Below, one piece after another: positions 61,670 through 64,000 of a stretch of 64,000 nt of DNA. The first letter of the stretch is position 1. Every line of letters begins with the position of its first letter. A program made the position numbers and the translations under genes. This DNA is from Anaerolineales bacterium. Lineage in GTDB: Bacteria > Chloroflexota > Anaerolineae > Anaerolineales > UBA11579. The stretch covers positions 352 to 64,351 of the forward strand of contig CP075367.1 of NCBI GenBank assembly GCA_019454165.1. The letters run 5' to 3'. The notes under the pieces are model-generated. The model did no database searches, was not told the DNA's origin, and was given only the letters and a program-made list of their open reading frames with translations.

Positions 61670-63834
61670 CAGCCGATCTCCACAACGTCCACGCGGCCTT
61701 CCATGGCCGGCACGTATAGCGTATCCACGTATTCCTTCAGCATGCGTCGTGCGCTGAATTGCGGGCCTAGCGTGCTGATCGATTCCTTCACCATCGCCAG
61801 CCAGCCGTCCGAATGCTGGTTACCGCTGCGGCCTTCGTAGTACAACGGAATGATCTCGTTCTCCAATATGGAGTACAGGCTGTGCGCGTCCGCCAGATCC
61901 TGCTCCGCCGGATCGCTGTATTTCTGCTCTGAGCCGATCGCCCAGCCGTTCTTGCCGTTGTAGCCCTCGCTCCACCAGCCATCCAGGATCGAGAAGTTGA
62001 GCGCGCCGTTCAGCGCCGCCTTCTGCCCCGAGGTGCCTGAAGCCTCCATCGGCCGCCGCGGCGTATTCAGCCACACATCCACACCCTGCACCAGATAGCG
62101 CGCCAGCTCCATGTCATAGCCTTCCAGGAACACCAGCCGCCCGCCCGTCTCCGCCTTCTTGACGGCCCGGTACACCTCTTGAATAAGCTGCTTGCCGCCT
62201 TCATCCGCCGGGTGCGCTTTGCCCGCAAACAGAATCTGCACCGGCCGGTCAGGCTTGTTCAGCAAAGCGATCAAGCGCTCCAGGTCTTGCAGCACCAGGT
62301 TGGCCCGTTTGTAGGTGGCAAAGCGCCGCGCAAACCCTATCGTCAGGGCATACGGGTCCAGCAGGGCGCCGCCCGCCACGACCTGCACGGGGTGAATGCC
62401 CTCGTGCAGCCACTGGCGGCGCACACGCTCGCGCACATAGAAGGCCAGCTTGCGCTTGGCATGCCGGCGGGCGCGCCACAGCTCCTTGTTCGGGATATCG
62501 TGGATCTTCTGCCAGGCCTCGGCCTCATCCAGCCGCGGCCGCCAGTCCCCCAGATGCTTGTTGTACAGCTGGCCCATGCGCTTGCTCAACCAGGTCTGGG
62601 TATGAATACCATTCGTAATGTAGCCGATCGGCACTTGGTCTTCGGCCAGCTTGGGCCACAGCCCGCTCCACATGTTGCGCGCCACCTCGCCGTGCAACTC
62701 AGACACGCCGTTGTGCTGTGCCGAGAAGCGCATCGCCAGCACCGGCATGCTGAACGCCTCGCCCCAGCCCACCACCTGGTGGGCCAGCTTGATGAAGCCT
62801 TCCTGATCCAGCCCCAACTCGGCCCAATAGTTCGAAAAATAGCGGTCCACCAACCAGATCGGGAACTCATCATTACCGGCCGGCACGGGGGTGTGCGTGG
62901 TGAACACGTTGTGCATCCGTACCCGTTTGATCGCCTCGCTGATCGGCAGCCCACCCTGCACGAGTTCGCGCGCTTGCTCGAGTCCCAAAAAGGCGGAGTG
63001 GCCTTCATTCATATGCCATACCGTCGGGTTGTAGCCCAGCGTGCGCAGGGTGCGCACGCCGCCGATGCCCAGCAGCATCTCCTGTGAGATGCGCAGGTCC
63101 AGATCACTGCTGTACAGCCGCGCCGTCAGTTCGCGGTCGGCCGGGTTGTTCTCCTCAACGTTGCTGTCCAGCAGATACAGCGGCACGCGGCCCACGCGGA
63201 TCTCCCACACCTTCGCCTGCAAGCTGCGCCCGGGCAGCTCGATCGAGACCATCAGCGGCTTGCCTTCGGCATCCGCCACCGGCAGTACCGGCATCTCTTC
63301 GAACTTCAGCGTGATTGGCCGTGATTCCTGCCAGCCGTCCTCACTAATATGCTGGAAGAAATATCCATGCGTATACAGGAAACCGACCGCCACCAGCGGC
63401 AGCCCCAGATCGCTGGCCTCCTTCAGATGGTCGCCCGCCAAGATACCCAAGCCGCCCGCATAGATCGGCAGGGTTTCGTGCAAACCGAACTCAGACGAGA
63501 AGTACGCGATCGGCTTTTTTGTATAGCTGGCGTAACTTTCGCTGAACCAGCTCTGCGCAGGTTTTATATAAGCGTCAAAGGCCGACACCACACGGTCATA
63601 TTGCTCCGTAAAGTTCAAGTCCATGCTGGCCGTTTGCAGGGTCAGCGGCGGCAGGTCACGCAGAAAGACCACCGGGTTGTGCGCGCTGGCCTGCCACAAC
63701 ACCGGGTCAATGCTCTGGAACATATCCTGCGCATCCGGCTGCCAGGTCCACCACAAGTTGTAGGCCAGGTCACCCAGACGGTGAATTCGCTCGGGCAGCG
63801 CAAATTGAATAGGTTGGTGTGATTTGTACGGCAT
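61669..63834 (-). CDS. glgP: alpha-glucan phosphorylase (GT35)
   Basis: 721 aa. Motifs are [44 protein letters not shown] and [14 protein letters not shown] (PLP-Lys region). Confidence 0.9.
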   Translation of the reverse strand: MPYKSHQPIQFALPERIHRLGDLAYNLWWTWQPDAQDMFQSIDPVLWQASAHNPVVFLRDLPPLTLQTASMDLNFTEQYDRVVSAFDAYIKPAQSWFSESYASYTKKPIAYFSSEFGLHETLPIYAGGLGILAGDHLKEASDLGLPLVAVGFLYTHGYFFQHISEDGWQESRPITLKFEEMPVLPVADAEGKPLMVSIELPGRSLQAKVWEIRVGRVPLYLLDSNVEENNPADRELTARLYSSDLDLRISQEMLLGIGGVRTLRTLGYNPTVWHMNEGHSAFLGLEQARELVQGGLPISEAIKRVRMHNVFTTHTPVPAGNDEFPIWLVDRYFSNYWAELGLDQEGFIKLAHQVVGWGEAFSMPVLAMRFSAQHNGVSELHGEVARNMWSGLWPKLAEDQVPIGYITNGIHTQTWLSKRMGQLYNKHLGDWRPRLDEAEAWQKIHDIPNKELWRARRHAKRKLAFYVRERVRRQWLHEGIHPVQVVAGGALLDPYALTIGFARRFATYKRANLVLQDLERLIALLNKPDRPVQILFAGKAHPADEGGKQLIQEVYRAVKKAETGGRLVFLEGYDMELARYLVQGVDVWLNTPRRPMEASGTSGQKAALNGALNFSILDGWWSEGYNGKNGWAIGSEQKYSDPAEQDLADAHSLYSILENEIIPLYYEGRSGNQHSDGWLAMVKESISTLGPQFSARRMLKEYVDTLYVPAMEGRVDVVEIG

Positions 63835-63962
63835 GATCTCCCTATCGAAAAAGGGGCTGAGAATTCCAAAATGCTACCATGCCCACTTTTGGACAACAGG
63901 CTTATAGAAGCCCGGCAGGTATAATGCGCTTCCTGTGGTTCGCCCTGCACAGGCCGATGCCA

Positions 63963-64000
63963 ATGAGCAATGTTGAGGAAGTTAAAGCTCGTTTAGCAAT
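63963..64000 (+). CDS. 5' end of an ORF running off the window; product not assignable
   Basis: ATG 63963 (or in-frame ATG 63957) gives MSNVEEVKARLA. A TATAAT lies at 63920..63925 upstream. Twelve codons are not enough to name a product. Confidence 0.3.
   Translation, partial: MSNVEEVKARLA

Overview
This is a visibly GC-rich bacterial chromosomal segment (GC not computed). The rRNA signatures (16S CCTACGGGTGGCAGCAG and GGATTAGAAACCCCGGTAGTCC) and the gene content suggest a Chloroflexota, Anaerolineae-like organism; that placement is recognition from memory, not a search.

The content is overwhelmingly core housekeeping:
- A partial OsmC gene and an SbcC/Rad50-like ATPase.
- prfA-prmC-tsaC, then uvrA and tsaD.
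- Convergent otsA and otsB.
- A lipid-kinase / unknown 539-aa / otsB operon and a ferritin-like gene.
- A five-gene minus-strand operon containing squalene-synthase-like and geranylgeranyl-reductase-like genes.
- A GNAT, an aldo/keto reductase and comEC.
- One complete minus-strand rRNA operon (16S, tRNA-Ile, tRNA-Ala, 23S, 5S) with tandem promoters.
- dnaX-ybaB-recR, ppa and lipA.
- A complete 14-gene nuoA-N operon.
- A bi-domain oxidoreductase, an M29 aminopeptidase and glgP.

I found no transposase, integrase, reverse transcriptase, CRISPR array or recognisable defence gene. I do not see a convincing novel multi-gene system.

The best leads are modest:
1. A self-contained promoter, SD, 33-codon sORF and tandem-terminator unit upstream of the GNAT gene (20103..20346).
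2. A translationally coupled pair of a 4-TM protein and a 612-aa Vps62/DUF946-like membrane protein (35085..37344).
3. A 460-nt hairpin-rich spacer upstream of uvrA.
4. An unknown 539-aa protein embedded between a lipid kinase and otsB.
5. An SQS-like plus GGR-like isoprenoid operon.
6. A His/Asp-rich repeat insert in NuoL.

All product calls come from motif recognition in the supplied translations; no database search was possible. rRNA ends are approximate (about +/-10 nt).
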